Of a stretch of DNA of 32,000 nucleotides, positions 23,118-32,000 are shown piece after piece; positions within the stretch are counted from its first letter, which is position 1; each line of letters begins with the position of its first letter. Origin of the DNA: Demequinaceae bacterium (GTDB lineage: Bacteria; Actinomycetota; Actinomycetes; Actinomycetales; Demequinaceae); assembly GCA_965250005.1 (NCBI GenBank), contig OZ252279.1, positions 150,001 to 182,000 on the forward strand. The letters are read 5' to 3'. The position numbers and the translations under genes were made by a program. A model generated the notes under the pieces. It saw only the letters and a program-made list of their open reading frames with translations, was not told the DNA's origin and did not search any database.

Positions 23118-23152
23118 GACACAACCTGACCAGCACGCCGCGCCAAGGAGGA

Positions 23153-23902
23153 ATGATGTCGGACAAGGATGTTCAACCCGGCGTTGACACCCCTCCCACG
23201 GCGCGGCGCGTGCTGATCAAACTTTCAGGCGAGACATTCGGAGGCGGCGAAGTTGGCCTCGCCCCCGATGTTGTCCAGCGCCTCGCGCACGAGGTCGCCG
23301 ACGCCGTCCACCAGGGAGTGCAGGTAGGCGTCGTCGTGGGCGGTGGCAACTTCTTCCGCGGCGTTGAACTGTCGGAGCGCGGCATGGAACGCGCCAGAGC
23401 CGACTACATGGGCATGCTGGGCACGGTCATGAATGCCCTCGCCCTGCAAGACTTCCTTGAGCAGGCCGGTGTCGACACGCGCGTGCAGACGGCCATCACC
23501 ATGGGGCAGGTCGCGGAGCCGTACATACCGCGACGTGCGATGCGCCACATGGAAAAGGGTCGCGTTGTGATTTTTGCCGCGGGGGCGGGCATGCCGTACT
23601 TCAGTACGGACACTGTCTCGGTCCAGCGCGCGCTCGAGACCCGTTGCACAGAGGTGCTGATGGGCAAGAACGGCGTGGACGCCGTTTACACCGCAGATCC
23701 CGCCAAGGACCCGAAGGCCGAGCGCATCGCCAACATCACCTACCGCGAGGCACTGCAGCGCGGCCTGAACGTGCTGGACTCGACCGCATTCAGCCTCTGC
23801 ATGGATAACGAAATGCCCATGCTCGTGTTTGGACTCGAAGAACCGGGTAACGTGACGCGTGCGCTTCTCGGTGAGAGAATCGGGACCCTGGTGACGGCCT
23901 AA
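23153..23902 (+). CDS. pyrH: UMP kinase
   Basis: [18 protein letters not shown] and the [13 protein letters not shown] motifs are present. AAGGAGG lies upstream of the ATG. Confidence 0.95.
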   Translation: MMSDKDVQPGVDTPPTARRVLIKLSGETFGGGEVGLAPDVVQRLAHEVADAVHQGVQVGVVVGGGNFFRGVELSERGMERARADYMGMLGTVMNALALQDFLEQAGVDTRVQTAITMGQVAEPYIPRRAMRHMEKGRVVIFAAGAGMPYFSTDTVSVQRALETRCTEVLMGKNGVDAVYTADPAKDPKAERIANITYREALQRGLNVLDSTAFSLCMDNEMPMLVFGLEEPGNVTRALLGERIGTLVTA

Positions 23903-23927
23903 GCCGCCACCCAAGGAAAGGACAGCC

Positions 23928-24485
23928 GTGATCGACGACACCCTCCTCGATGCCGAGGAACACATGGACAAGGCGGTCGAGGTCGCTAAGAACAGCTTCT
24001 CGGAAATCCGAACTGGCCAGGCGTCCGCCTCTATATTCGCAAACATCATGGTCGACTACTACGGCGCGATGACTCCCATCCAGCAGCTGGCGTCCATCAC
24101 CACGCCAGAGGCGCGCACGGTTCTGATCGCGCCGTACGACATGGGCGCGATCGGCGAGATCGAGAAGTCGCTCCGCAACTCCGATTTGGGCGTGAGCCCC
24201 ACGAACGACGGCAACGTATTGCGTATCAACATGCCGCAGCTCACGGAAGAGCGCCGCAAGGAATATGTGAAGCTGGCCAAGTCCAAGGCGGAAGACGCCA
24301 AGATTTCGATTCGCAACCTGCGCCGCAAAGCGAAAGACGCAATCGACTTGTCGGTCAAAGACGGCGAGGTTGGCAAGGACGACGGCCAGCGCGCAGAGAA
24401 AGAGCTCGACTCCCTCACGAAGAAACACACGGACACTATTGACCAGCTGCTTGCCCACAAGGAGAGCGAGCTGCTAGAAGTCTGA
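23928..24485 (+). CDS. frr: ribosome recycling factor
   Basis: The 185-aa ORF has typical RRF sequence (FSEIRTGQASASIF..., LRINMPQLTEERRKEYVKLAK). The GTG start follows AAGGAAAGGA. Confidence 0.95.
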   Translation: MIDDTLLDAEEHMDKAVEVAKNSFSEIRTGQASASIFANIMVDYYGAMTPIQQLASITTPEARTVLIAPYDMGAIGEIEKSLRNSDLGVSPTNDGNVLRINMPQLTEERRKEYVKLAKSKAEDAKISIRNLRRKAKDAIDLSVKDGEVGKDDGQRAEKELDSLTKKHTDTIDQLLAHKESELLEV

Positions 24486-25345
24486 TGTCCAAGAGGAAGA
24501 CGGTGGCGGTGTCCGCACGCAAGAAGGGCGGGCGCAACAAGGGGCGCAACCTGTGGGTGGCGACGCCCGTCGGCCTTGCGATACTTGCGTTGGTGCTGGG
24601 GTCCGCGTTCTACAGCGAGCTGCTCTTCTCCGTGGTGGTCTACGGCTTCGCAATCGCGTCCTACCCCGAGTGGCGCCGCGCGCTAATGCGCCAAGGCCGG
24701 CTCATCTCCCTGACGCCCATCATCGCTGGCACCATCGGCATCGCAATCTCGACGTGGTTCAACGGCCGCGAGGGCCTGGTGGTGTCGCTGCTGGTTGCGA
24801 GCGCCGGGGCAATCGCCTGGCGCCTGGTGGACGAGTGGCTCGAGGACACCCTGCACGACGCGCTGGCGACCGTGCTCACGCTCGTCTGGATTCCATTCCT
24901 GTTGTCCTTCATGGTTCTCATGGAGCAGGCGGACGACGGCTGGATTCGCATCACAATCTTTGTGTTCGGCATCGTAGGCAACGACACCGGCGGGCTGCTG
25001 TTCGGCATGCTCTTTGGTAAGCACCCGATGGCACCCAAGATCAGCCCCAAGAAGACCTGGGAGGGCGCGATCGGCGGAGCGGTGCTGGGCATCGGCCTCG
25101 CGACCGCCGCGAGTTTCTACTTCTACGACGGCGAGTGGCGAACGGGGCTGATCGTGGGCGGCGTCACGGTGATCGGAGCCGTGCTCGGCGACCTGGTGGA
25201 GTCGGCGCTCAAACGCGACATCGATATTAAGGACATGGGGGACTCCCTCCCCGGACACGGGGGCATCCTCGACCGGATTGACTCCGCGTTGATTGCGGCC
25301 CCGATGGCGTACGTGGCGTTCGCTTTGCTGCTCGGGTTTCAATAA
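24485..25345 (+). CDS. cdsA: phosphatidate cytidylyltransferase
   Basis: It is a polytopic membrane protein with the CDS signature SALKRDIDIKDMGDSLPGHGGILDRIDS. The start overlaps the frr stop (TGATG). Confidence 0.9.
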   Translation: MSKRKTVAVSARKKGGRNKGRNLWVATPVGLAILALVLGSAFYSELLFSVVVYGFAIASYPEWRRALMRQGRLISLTPIIAGTIGIAISTWFNGREGLVVSLLVASAGAIAWRLVDEWLEDTLHDALATVLTLVWIPFLLSFMVLMEQADDGWIRITIFVFGIVGNDTGGLLFGMLFGKHPMAPKISPKKTWEGAIGGAVLGIGLATAASFYFYDGEWRTGLIVGGVTVIGAVLGDLVESALKRDIDIKDMGDSLPGHGGILDRIDSALIAAPMAYVAFALLLGFQ

Positions 25346-25375
25346 TTCCGTGGCGTCAGCGACAATAGACCCCTC

Positions 25376-26518
25376 ATGACCGAGCCCGCACCCATGCCGT
25401 TGCAGATGGCCGCCCCCAAGCGGGGCAAGCCGCCGCGTCACTTCGCCGACCTCACAGCCGACGAACGCGCCTCCGCCGTCGAGGGTCTGGGACATCACGC
25501 GTTCCGCGCCAAGCAACTCGCGACCCACTACTTCACACATCTGAACGTAGACGCGGACGCCATGACGGACCTGCCCGCGTCGGCGCGCGAAGCCCTCGTC
25601 GAGGATCTGTTCCCGCCCCTGATGACCGAGGTGCGGTCTATCTCAACGGACAGCGGCGACACCAAGAAGACGCTGTGGAATCTGCACGACGGGGTCAAGG
25701 TTGAATCCGTGCTCATGAACTATCCCGGCCGCGCAACTCTGTGCGTAACCAGCCAGGCGGGGTGCGGAATGGCGTGCCCGTTTTGTGCGACCGGCCAGAT
25801 GGGGCTGACGCGAAACTTGAGCGCTGCCGAGATTATCGAGCAGGTGCGGCTTGCGGCCCGCGCGACCCGCGACGGTGCATTCGCCGTCAACGGCGAGGAT
25901 CCCGCGGACGCGTCTGTGCGCCTGAGCAACGTGGTGTTCATGGGCATGGGCGAGCCGCTCGCCAACTACCGGGCCGTGCTCACGGCCGTGCGCACGCTCA
26001 TCGCGCCCGAGCCCGAGGGCCTTGGCCTGAGCGCCCGCCACGTCACGGTGTCCACGGTCGGTCTGGTGCCCGCTATGGACAAGCTCACCAAGGAAGGCAT
26101 CCCTGTCACGCTCGCGCTGTCGCTTCACGCTCCGGATGACGAACTGCGTAGTGAACTAGTCCCGGTCAATACGCGTTGGAGTGTTGACGAGGCGCTCGAC
26201 GCGGCCAAGCGGTTCTTTGACGCGACCGGCCGGCGGGTCAGTATTGAGTATGCGTTGATCCGCGACATTAACGATCAGGCGTGGCGAGCCGATATGTTGG
26301 GTAGGAAGCTTATGGAACGCGGCACGGGTTGGGTGCACGTTAACCCCATTCCTCTCAACCCGACGCCGGGAAGTAAGTGGACAGCGAGCGACCCTGAGGT
26401 TGAACGTGAGTTCGTGCGGCAACTCGAAGCACGTGGCGTTCCCACCACAATCAGGGATACTCGTGGCAGTGACATTGATGGAGCATGCGGCCAGTTGGCT
26501 ACCAAGGAGCAGGAATGA
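25376..26518 (+). CDS. rlmN: 23S rRNA (adenine(2503)-C(2))-methyltransferase RlmN (radical SAM)
   Basis: The radical-SAM cluster motif [11 protein letters not shown], the downstream GMGEPLANY, and the conserved C-terminal Cys context (DIDGACGQL) are present. Confidence 0.95.
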   Translation: MTEPAPMPLQMAAPKRGKPPRHFADLTADERASAVEGLGHHAFRAKQLATHYFTHLNVDADAMTDLPASAREALVEDLFPPLMTEVRSISTDSGDTKKTLWNLHDGVKVESVLMNYPGRATLCVTSQAGCGMACPFCATGQMGLTRNLSAAEIIEQVRLAARATRDGAFAVNGEDPADASVRLSNVVFMGMGEPLANYRAVLTAVRTLIAPEPEGLGLSARHVTVSTVGLVPAMDKLTKEGIPVTLALSLHAPDDELRSELVPVNTRWSVDEALDAAKRFFDATGRRVSIEYALIRDINDQAWRADMLGRKLMERGTGWVHVNPIPLNPTPGSKWTASDPEVEREFVRQLEARGVPTTIRDTRGSDIDGACGQLATKEQE

Positions 26519-27072
26519 GCGAGCTATTCACCAAGGTGAACCCTTTGCGCACCGGTTACGACCGGGAGCAGGTCGAGGAGTTTTTCGCCAAGGTGCGCGC
26601 CGCGTACGAGCGTGCGGTGGTTGACGTCGACGGGCTCGCACCCATGGACATCCGTCGCGCGGCTTTTGACCTAGCGCGCCGCGGGTACAAGACCGCCGAG
26701 GTGGACGCCGCCCTCGACAAGCTTGAGGACGCGTTCGCCAAGCGCCTACGCGACCAGTATGTGACGCAGCACGGCCAGGAGGCATGGCAGAGTGACCTGT
26801 CGCAGCGCGCCCAGACCCTCTACGAGCGGCTGCGACGCCCGGCGCGCGAACGCTTCAACCGTCCGAAGGCACTCAGGCGCGGCTACGACGCGCGCGCGGT
26901 AGACAAAGTCCTTAATGGCATCACGGACTATTTTGACAAGGGCGAACTCATCACGTCGCAAGATATCCGCAGCCAGTCGTTCAAGCGCGTGGCCAAGTGG
27001 CGCGCGTATGACGAGCGCCAGGTGGACGCGTACCTGGCGAAGGCCGTCGACATCCTGCTGGGCGTCTCCTAA
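26515..27072 (+). CDS. DivIVA domain-containing protein with four internal GY(D/K)-x3-VD repeats
   Basis: ATG 26515 overlaps the rlmN stop (ATGA). Repeated N-terminal-DivIVA-like motifs are [48 protein letters not shown] and [17 protein letters not shown]. Confidence 0.8.
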   Translation: MSELFTKVNPLRTGYDREQVEEFFAKVRAAYERAVVDVDGLAPMDIRRAAFDLARRGYKTAEVDAALDKLEDAFAKRLRDQYVTQHGQEAWQSDLSQRAQTLYERLRRPARERFNRPKALRRGYDARAVDKVLNGITDYFDKGELITSQDIRSQSFKRVAKWRAYDERQVDAYLAKAVDILLGVS

Positions 27073-27074
27073 CA

Positions 27075-28256
27075 GTGCCAGCGCGCACTGTCGCGCTCCT
27101 GGGCTCGACCGGCTCGATCGGCACCCAGGCTATCGACGTCATCAATCGCAACTCGGCGCGCTTCCGCGTGACCGCAATAGCGGCGGGTGGCGCCAATCCT
27201 GACGTGATCATCGAGCAGGCCCGCGAACTTGAGGTCGAGATGGTTGCCGTGGCCGACGAGGCAGCAGCTGAACTCGTGGCGGCGGGACTGCCCGGCGTGC
27301 AGGTGGAGGCCGGTCCGGGCGCGGCGGCGATCGCGGCTGCTGCAGGTGGTGGGCTGGATGATGACGGTTCTCCCGCGCCAGCGGACGTTGTCCTCAACGG
27401 CATGACTGGCTCAGTGGGACTGGGCCCCACGCTCGCTGCGCTCCAGGCCGGCAGCACGCTCGCGCTGGCAAACAAAGAGTCGCTCATCGCGGGCGGCGCG
27501 CTGGTCAAGGCGGCGGTGACGCGGCCGGACCAGATTGTCCCCGTGGATTCGGAGCACAGCGCGCTCGCCCAGGCGCTGCGCGCCGGGACGCGCGGCGAGG
27601 TCCGAAAACTCATCGTCACCGCGTCCGGCGGGCCGTTCCGCGGCAAGTCTCGCGCGGAACTCGCCGCGGTCACCCCCGAGCAGGCGCTGAACCACCCCAA
27701 CTGGGACATGGGCCCGGTCGTCACCATCAACTCCGCGACCATGGTCAACAAGGCGCTCGAGGTGATGGAAGCGCACCTGCTGTTCGACATCCCCATGGAC
27801 AAGGTCGAGGTGGTGGTTCACGCCCAGTCGCAGATCCACTCGATGGTCGAATTTGTGGACGGCAGCACCATCGCGCAGGCCAGCCCACCAGACATGCGCC
27901 TGCCCATTGCGCTCGGATTGGCGTGGCCGGACCGCGTCGCCGACGCGGCACCCGCCTACGACTGGGCGCAGCCCCAAACCTGGACGTTCGAGCCGCTCGA
28001 CTCCGAGGCGTTCCCCGCCGTGCGCCTGATGAGGGAGGCGGCCCGCGCGTCGGCGCTACACCCCGCCGTGTACAACGCCGCCAACGAGGAGTGCGTCGCC
28101 GCATTCGCCGCAGGGAAGCTCCCGTTCCTCGGAATCGTCGACACTATTGAGGCGGTGCTCGCAGACTTCCGATCGCCGGTGGACATCACGCTTGAGGCCG
28201 TTCTCGAGGCGGAAGCCTGGGCGCGCGTTCGCGCTACCGAGGGAATCGCCGCGTGA
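27075..28256 (+). CDS. dxr: 1-deoxy-D-xylulose-5-phosphate reductoisomerase
   Basis: [15 protein letters not shown] (NADPH-binding), LANKESL, VDSEHSA and NHPNWDMG motifs are present. Confidence 0.95.
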   Translation: MPARTVALLGSTGSIGTQAIDVINRNSARFRVTAIAAGGANPDVIIEQARELEVEMVAVADEAAAELVAAGLPGVQVEAGPGAAAIAAAAGGGLDDDGSPAPADVVLNGMTGSVGLGPTLAALQAGSTLALANKESLIAGGALVKAAVTRPDQIVPVDSEHSALAQALRAGTRGEVRKLIVTASGGPFRGKSRAELAAVTPEQALNHPNWDMGPVVTINSATMVNKALEVMEAHLLFDIPMDKVEVVVHAQSQIHSMVEFVDGSTIAQASPPDMRLPIALGLAWPDRVADAAPAYDWAQPQTWTFEPLDSEAFPAVRLMREAARASALHPAVYNAANEECVAAFAAGKLPFLGIVDTIEAVLADFRSPVDITLEAVLEAEAWARVRATEGIAA

Positions 28257-28308
28257 GGTTTCTCGCATTAGGGAACCCGCTGAGCGTCGCGGTCGTAGAG
28301 TAGTCAAC

Positions 28309-29610
28309 ATGGATTACGCCCTCGGAGTGCTCGTCTTCATCGTTGGTATCGCGATTTCGATTGCACTGCATGAGTTGGGCCACATGGTCCCCGCCAAGCG
28401 CTTTGGGGTCCGCGTTAGCCAGTTCATGGTCGGATTCGGAAAGACGCTGTGGTCGCGCACGCGAGGCGAGACGGAGTACGGCCTCAAGGCGATACCGCTA
28501 GGCGGCTACGTGCGGCTGGTGGGCATGATCCCCCCAGCGCACGAGGTCAAAGAAGTACGCGGTACGGGTTGGAGTTCTCGCCTGATAGCGGACACCCGCG
28601 ACGCCTCGATAGAAGAGGTACACGAGGGCGAGGAGCACCGCGCCTTCTACCGGCTCGCGTGGTGGAAGAAGGTCATCGTCATGGCCGGCGGCCCCATCAT
28701 GAACCTCATCATTGCGGCGATCCTCTTCACCGTCATCTTTTCGGCCATTGGCGGGCCGCGCACCGTGCCCGTGGTCGCCGCCGTCGTGCCCTGTGCGCTC
28801 GAGAGTATTGAGGTCGACTGCGCCGCGGGCGACCCGGCCTCTGCCGCAGCAGCCGCCGGACTGGTGGCGGGTGACCGGATCACCGCCGTTGACGGCTCCA
28901 TGATCGAGACGTGGCCCGAGCTATCCGCGGCCATGCGCGCTGCGAACGGCGTGCCCACCAAGGTCGAGTTTGTGCGCGGAGACCAGATCATGTCTGTGAC
29001 GGTCACGCCCACGTCCCGCGATTACTATACTTTTGACGCCGCAGGGGACATCGTTTACGACGAAGCGGGCGAACCCGTCCTTGCCCCTTCCGGCTTCTTT
29101 GGGATGCAGCCCGGCACGGAGCGCCACCGGTTCCCCATCGGCACAGGCGTCGAGGTCACTGGGGAGTACCTGGGGCTCACGTTCACCGCGGTGCGCGAAC
29201 TGCCGCAGCACGTGGCCAGTGCCGTCGGGGCAATCGTCGGCTCGCAGGAACGCGACACCGAGGGCGTCATCAGCATCGTCGGCGCTGGGCGCATAGCGGG
29301 CGAGCAGGCTGCGGCCGAAGTTCCCTTCATCGACAAACTCGTTTCCGCCCTCGCGCTGCTCGCGGGCATCAACCTCGCGCTGTTCGTCTTCAACATGATC
29401 CCGCTGCTGCCGCTGGACGGCGGGCACATCGCGGGCGCACTCTGGCAGGCCGTCAAGAACGGGTGGGCGCGCGTCAAGAACTTGCCGCGGCCAGCGCCCG
29501 TGGACCTGGCCCGGATGATGCCATACGCGTACGGGATGTTCGCCGTTCTTATGCTCGTGGGGCTCGTGCTGATCGTCGCGGACTTTGTGGCACCGGTCAG
29601 CGTCGCTTAG
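28309..29610 (+). CDS. M50 family site-2 metalloprotease (RseP/Rip1-like) with PDZ domain
   Basis: ATG 28309 gives [26 protein letters not shown] (HExxH within TM1). A PDZ-like segment ([17 protein letters not shown]) and the second zinc-ligand motif [13 protein letters not shown] are present. The track ORF start at 28147 overlaps dxr and I rejected it. Confidence 0.9.
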   Translation: MDYALGVLVFIVGIAISIALHELGHMVPAKRFGVRVSQFMVGFGKTLWSRTRGETEYGLKAIPLGGYVRLVGMIPPAHEVKEVRGTGWSSRLIADTRDASIEEVHEGEEHRAFYRLAWWKKVIVMAGGPIMNLIIAAILFTVIFSAIGGPRTVPVVAAVVPCALESIEVDCAAGDPASAAAAAGLVAGDRITAVDGSMIETWPELSAAMRAANGVPTKVEFVRGDQIMSVTVTPTSRDYYTFDAAGDIVYDEAGEPVLAPSGFFGMQPGTERHRFPIGTGVEVTGEYLGLTFTAVRELPQHVASAVGAIVGSQERDTEGVISIVGAGRIAGEQAAAEVPFIDKLVSALALLAGINLALFVFNMIPLLPLDGGHIAGALWQAVKNGWARVKNLPRPAPVDLARMMPYAYGMFAVLMLVGLVLIVADFVAPVSVA

Positions 29611-29663
29611 CGCCGTGCGCGTGGGCGCCCAAACAGCGGTCGGACCTGGGAGATACTAGAACC

Positions 29664-30818
29664 GTGACCGCCATCGGACTTGGAATGCCTCCCATGCCAG
29701 CCCCCACGCTGGCCCCCCGCCGCAAGACCCGCAAGATCAAGGTCGGCAAGATCGACGTGGGCGGCGACGCCCCCATTAGCGTCCAGTCCATGTGCACCAC
29801 CAAGACGCACGACGTCAACACCACGCTCCAGCAGATCGCCGAACTGACGGCAGCAGGCTGCGACATCGTGCGCGTCGCGTGCCCCACGCAGGACGACGCA
29901 GACGCGCTCCCCGCGATCGCCAAGAAGTCGCAGATCCCGGTGATCGCGGACATCCACTTCCAGCCCAAGTACGTATTCGACGCGATCGATGCAGGCTGCG
30001 CTGCCGTGCGCGTGAACCCCGGAAACATCCGCAAGTTTGACGACAAGGTCGGAGAAATTGCGAAGGCGGCCAAGGACGGGGGAACCAGCATTCGCATCGG
30101 CGTCAATGCAGGATCGCTGGACCCGCGCCTGCTGAAGAAGTACGGCAAGGCCACACCCGAGGCACTCGTGGAGTCGGCCGTGTGGGAGGCAAGCCTGTTC
30201 GAGGAACACGACTTCCACGACTTCAAGATTTCCGTCAAGCACAACGACCCAGTGGTGATGGTCGAGGCATACAAGCAACTGTCCGACCGCGGCGACTGGC
30301 CGCTGCACCTGGGCGTCACCGAGGCGGGCCCAGCGTTTCAGGGCACCATCAAGTCCGCCACCGCCTTTGGCGCGCTGCTCAGCCAGGGCATCGGCGACAC
30401 AATTCGCGTCTCGCTCAGCGCCCCGCCCGTCGAAGAGGTCAAAGTGGGCATCCAGATTCTGCAATCGCTCAACCTCAAGGAGCGCAAGCTCGAAATCGTG
30501 TCGTGCCCCAGCTGTGGCCGCGCGCAGGTTGACGTGTACGAGCTCGCCGAAAAGGTCACCGCCGGGCTCGAAGGCATGGAGGTGCCGCTGCGCGTGGCCG
30601 TCATGGGCTGCGTGGTCAACGGACCGGGCGAGGCGCGCGAGGCAGACCTCGGCGTTGCGTCCGGAAACGGCAAGGGCCAAATCTTTGTCAAGGGCGAGGT
30701 CATCAAAACCGTGCCTGAGGCGTTGATCGTGGAAACACTGATCGAAGAGGCGATGAAGATCGCCGATGCCATGGAGCCCATCGAGGGCGCCGCGCCCGAG
30801 GTGTCGGTCTCCCAGTGA
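29664..30818 (+). CDS. ispG: 4-hydroxy-3-methylbut-2-en-1-yl diphosphate synthase (flavodoxin)
   Basis: From GTG 29664 ([29 protein letters not shown]...) it is nearly colinear with M. tuberculosis IspG as I recall it ([37 protein letters not shown]..., [22 protein letters not shown]). The longer track ORF from 29463 overlaps the protease gene. Confidence 0.95.
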   Translation: MTAIGLGMPPMPAPTLAPRRKTRKIKVGKIDVGGDAPISVQSMCTTKTHDVNTTLQQIAELTAAGCDIVRVACPTQDDADALPAIAKKSQIPVIADIHFQPKYVFDAIDAGCAAVRVNPGNIRKFDDKVGEIAKAAKDGGTSIRIGVNAGSLDPRLLKKYGKATPEALVESAVWEASLFEEHDFHDFKISVKHNDPVVMVEAYKQLSDRGDWPLHLGVTEAGPAFQGTIKSATAFGALLSQGIGDTIRVSLSAPPVEEVKVGIQILQSLNLKERKLEIVSCPSCGRAQVDVYELAEKVTAGLEGMEVPLRVAVMGCVVNGPGEAREADLGVASGNGKGQIFVKGEVIKTVPEALIVETLIEEAMKIADAMEPIEGAAPEVSVSQ

Positions 30819-30831
30819 CGGCGGCCCGGCC

Positions 30832-31764
30832 ATGACGGACTCCTTGCTGAGACGAGTGCGGCCGCGCTTCGCGGTTACGTCGCTACAGAAGCGCGACCTC
30901 ACGGCTGCACAGACGTTGTGTGCCATCAAGCCAGTGGAGTTCGTCATGCCCGCGATGCAAGTTGAGGTGGCGCTCGATCACGGCCGCAGCAAGTCGGGTG
31001 GATTGTGGGGCGTGTACGAGCGCGACGGCCGCCGTCGCGACCTGCAGGGCGTGCTGTGGAACGGCGCGAACTTGATCCCGGCGATTCCCGAGCCCACTGA
31101 CCAAGTGCTCGCGGCCGTGGCAGACACGCTGGCGCGGAGAATAGGGCGTCCCAGCGCTCTCGTGGGGGAGGCCGCGGTGGTGCTCGACCTGTGGGATCGC
31201 ATCGACGGAGCCTGGGGGCCCGCGCGCTCCATGCGCCCGGAACAGCTACTCATGACTATCGAGGGCCCTGCCAAGCACGTACCGCCGCTTGACGCCCAGG
31301 ACGTCGCCCTTGACGCCGTGCGCACCGCCCAACTCGACGACTTCGCGGCGCTGTTGCCCACGTGCGTGGACATGTTTACCGCCGAGGTGGGCTACGACCC
31401 GCTTCTCCACGGCAGACGAGCATATGAGGACCGGCTCAAGTGGCTCATCAGGACAGGGCGATCCTTCGTTCAATACGGGTTGGCCGAGGGGCGCAGGCAG
31501 GTCGTGTTCAAGGCCGAGGCCGGCGTGGTGTCGCGCGGGGTGGACGGCGCCGGGGTGGCGGAAATGCAGGGCGTGTGGGTGCACCGCGCGTTGCGAGGCC
31601 GTGGGCTCGCGCGCGCCGGGATGTCGGCCGTTGTGGCGCTAGCGCGAGACGAGCTCGCGCCCACTGTTTCGCTCTACGTCAACGAATTCAACCGCAAGGC
31701 GATCCGGTCGTACGACGCCGTTGGCTTCCAATGTGTCGGTACGTTCGCGACGGTCATGTTCTAG
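30832..31764 (+). CDS. GNAT family N-acetyltransferase (conserved ispG-adjacent type)
   Basis: ATG 30832 is the start I chose. The C-terminal acetyl-CoA-binding-like segment is VHRALRGRGLARAGMSAVV (R-x-x-G-x-G/A), followed by NRKAIRSYDAVGF. A GNAT gene follows ispG in other actinobacteria (e.g. Rv2867c, from memory). Confidence 0.7.
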   Translation: MTDSLLRRVRPRFAVTSLQKRDLTAAQTLCAIKPVEFVMPAMQVEVALDHGRSKSGGLWGVYERDGRRRDLQGVLWNGANLIPAIPEPTDQVLAAVADTLARRIGRPSALVGEAAVVLDLWDRIDGAWGPARSMRPEQLLMTIEGPAKHVPPLDAQDVALDAVRTAQLDDFAALLPTCVDMFTAEVGYDPLLHGRRAYEDRLKWLIRTGRSFVQYGLAEGRRQVVFKAEAGVVSRGVDGAGVAEMQGVWVHRALRGRGLARAGMSAVVALARDELAPTVSLYVNEFNRKAIRSYDAVGFQCVGTFATVMF

Positions 31765-31821
31765 CACGGCGATTTTCTAGCACGGTTCTTGTGCAATACA
31801 GCGCTCCGCTACGCTGGGCGG

Positions 31822-32000
31822 ATGCTACGGGAGGCGCCTGTTGCGGTGCGAGCGGGGAAGCACCGCCGCCGGTGGGCTGCCGGGCTCGCCGCCGTCTTGG
31901 TGCTGGTTTTCCTCGTGGCTGATGCCGCACGCACGGCGGCTGGAACGGCCGACGAGCCTGTAGCCGCGCCGAGCACCGATGCCACGAGCGTGCCCGCCGT
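31822..32000 (+). CDS. hypothetical membrane-anchored protein, 5' fragment (runs off the 3' edge)
   Basis: ATG 31822 opens a frame with no stop to the window end. It reads MLREAPVAVRAGKHRRRWAAGLAAVLVLVFLVADAAR..., a basic stretch followed by a TM helix. It is not in the supplied track (open-ended). The product is unknown. Confidence 0.35.
   Translation, partial: MLREAPVAVRAGKHRRRWAAGLAAVLVLVFLVADAARTAAGTADEPVAAPSTDATSVPA

Noticed and set aside
27300-27385. Low-complexity insertion in Dxr ([25 protein letters not shown]) relative to the E. coli and M. tuberculosis enzymes as I recall them.
   Set aside because: It is probably a surface-loop expansion, which is common in GC-rich actinobacterial orthologues. 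There is no frame disruption and no functional implication I can support.

Overview
Visibly GC-rich actinobacterial chromosomal window, coded almost entirely on the + strand. The only convincing minus-strand gene is an M23 peptidase. The long antisense ORFs in the track look like GC-driven shadow ORFs. The backbone is the conserved actinobacterial housekeeping run: ffh(3' end)-amidohydrolase-rpsP-KH-rimM-trmD-rplS-lepB-rnhB-DUF2469-yraN-comM-dprA-xerC-whiG-like sigma-M23(-)-rpsB-tsf-pyrH-frr-cdsA-rlmN-DivIVA-domain-dxr-M50 site-2 protease-ispG-GNAT. From memory this matches the order of M. tuberculosis Rv2916c..Rv2867c and the Streptomyces whiG-rpsB region. Two blocks interrupt this backbone. 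(1) 1353-6738, between the amidohydrolase and rpsP, holds a tandemly duplicated module. Each copy is a NOX/ferric-reductase-like bis-haem flavoprotein followed by a membrane-anchored FMN_bind protein. The two copies share one ApbE FAD:protein FMN transferase and are followed by a proline-linker lipoprotein of unknown function. This is the best candidate in the window for an uncharacterised system, namely a haem-to-covalent-flavin transmembrane or extracytoplasmic electron-transfer module. Its component families are known; the acceptor and physiological role are not evident from sequence. (2) 14728-18340, between dprA and xerC, holds deoC, a full-length aldehyde dehydrogenase, a translationally coupled ALDH-like protein lacking the catalytic domain, and a frameshifted C-terminal remnant of a phosphohexomutase on the minus strand. 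Other observations: a perfect 12-bp x7 in-frame tandem repeat in the C-terminal tail of rpsB, a 17/19-identical box upstream of both rpsP and rplS, a long hairpin-rich rpsB leader, and several small repeats or palindromes in intergenic regions. I found no tRNA, rRNA, CRISPR array, transposase or phage gene. Start codons are inferred by eye from RBS spacing and paralogue or orthologue N-termini and are less certain than stops.
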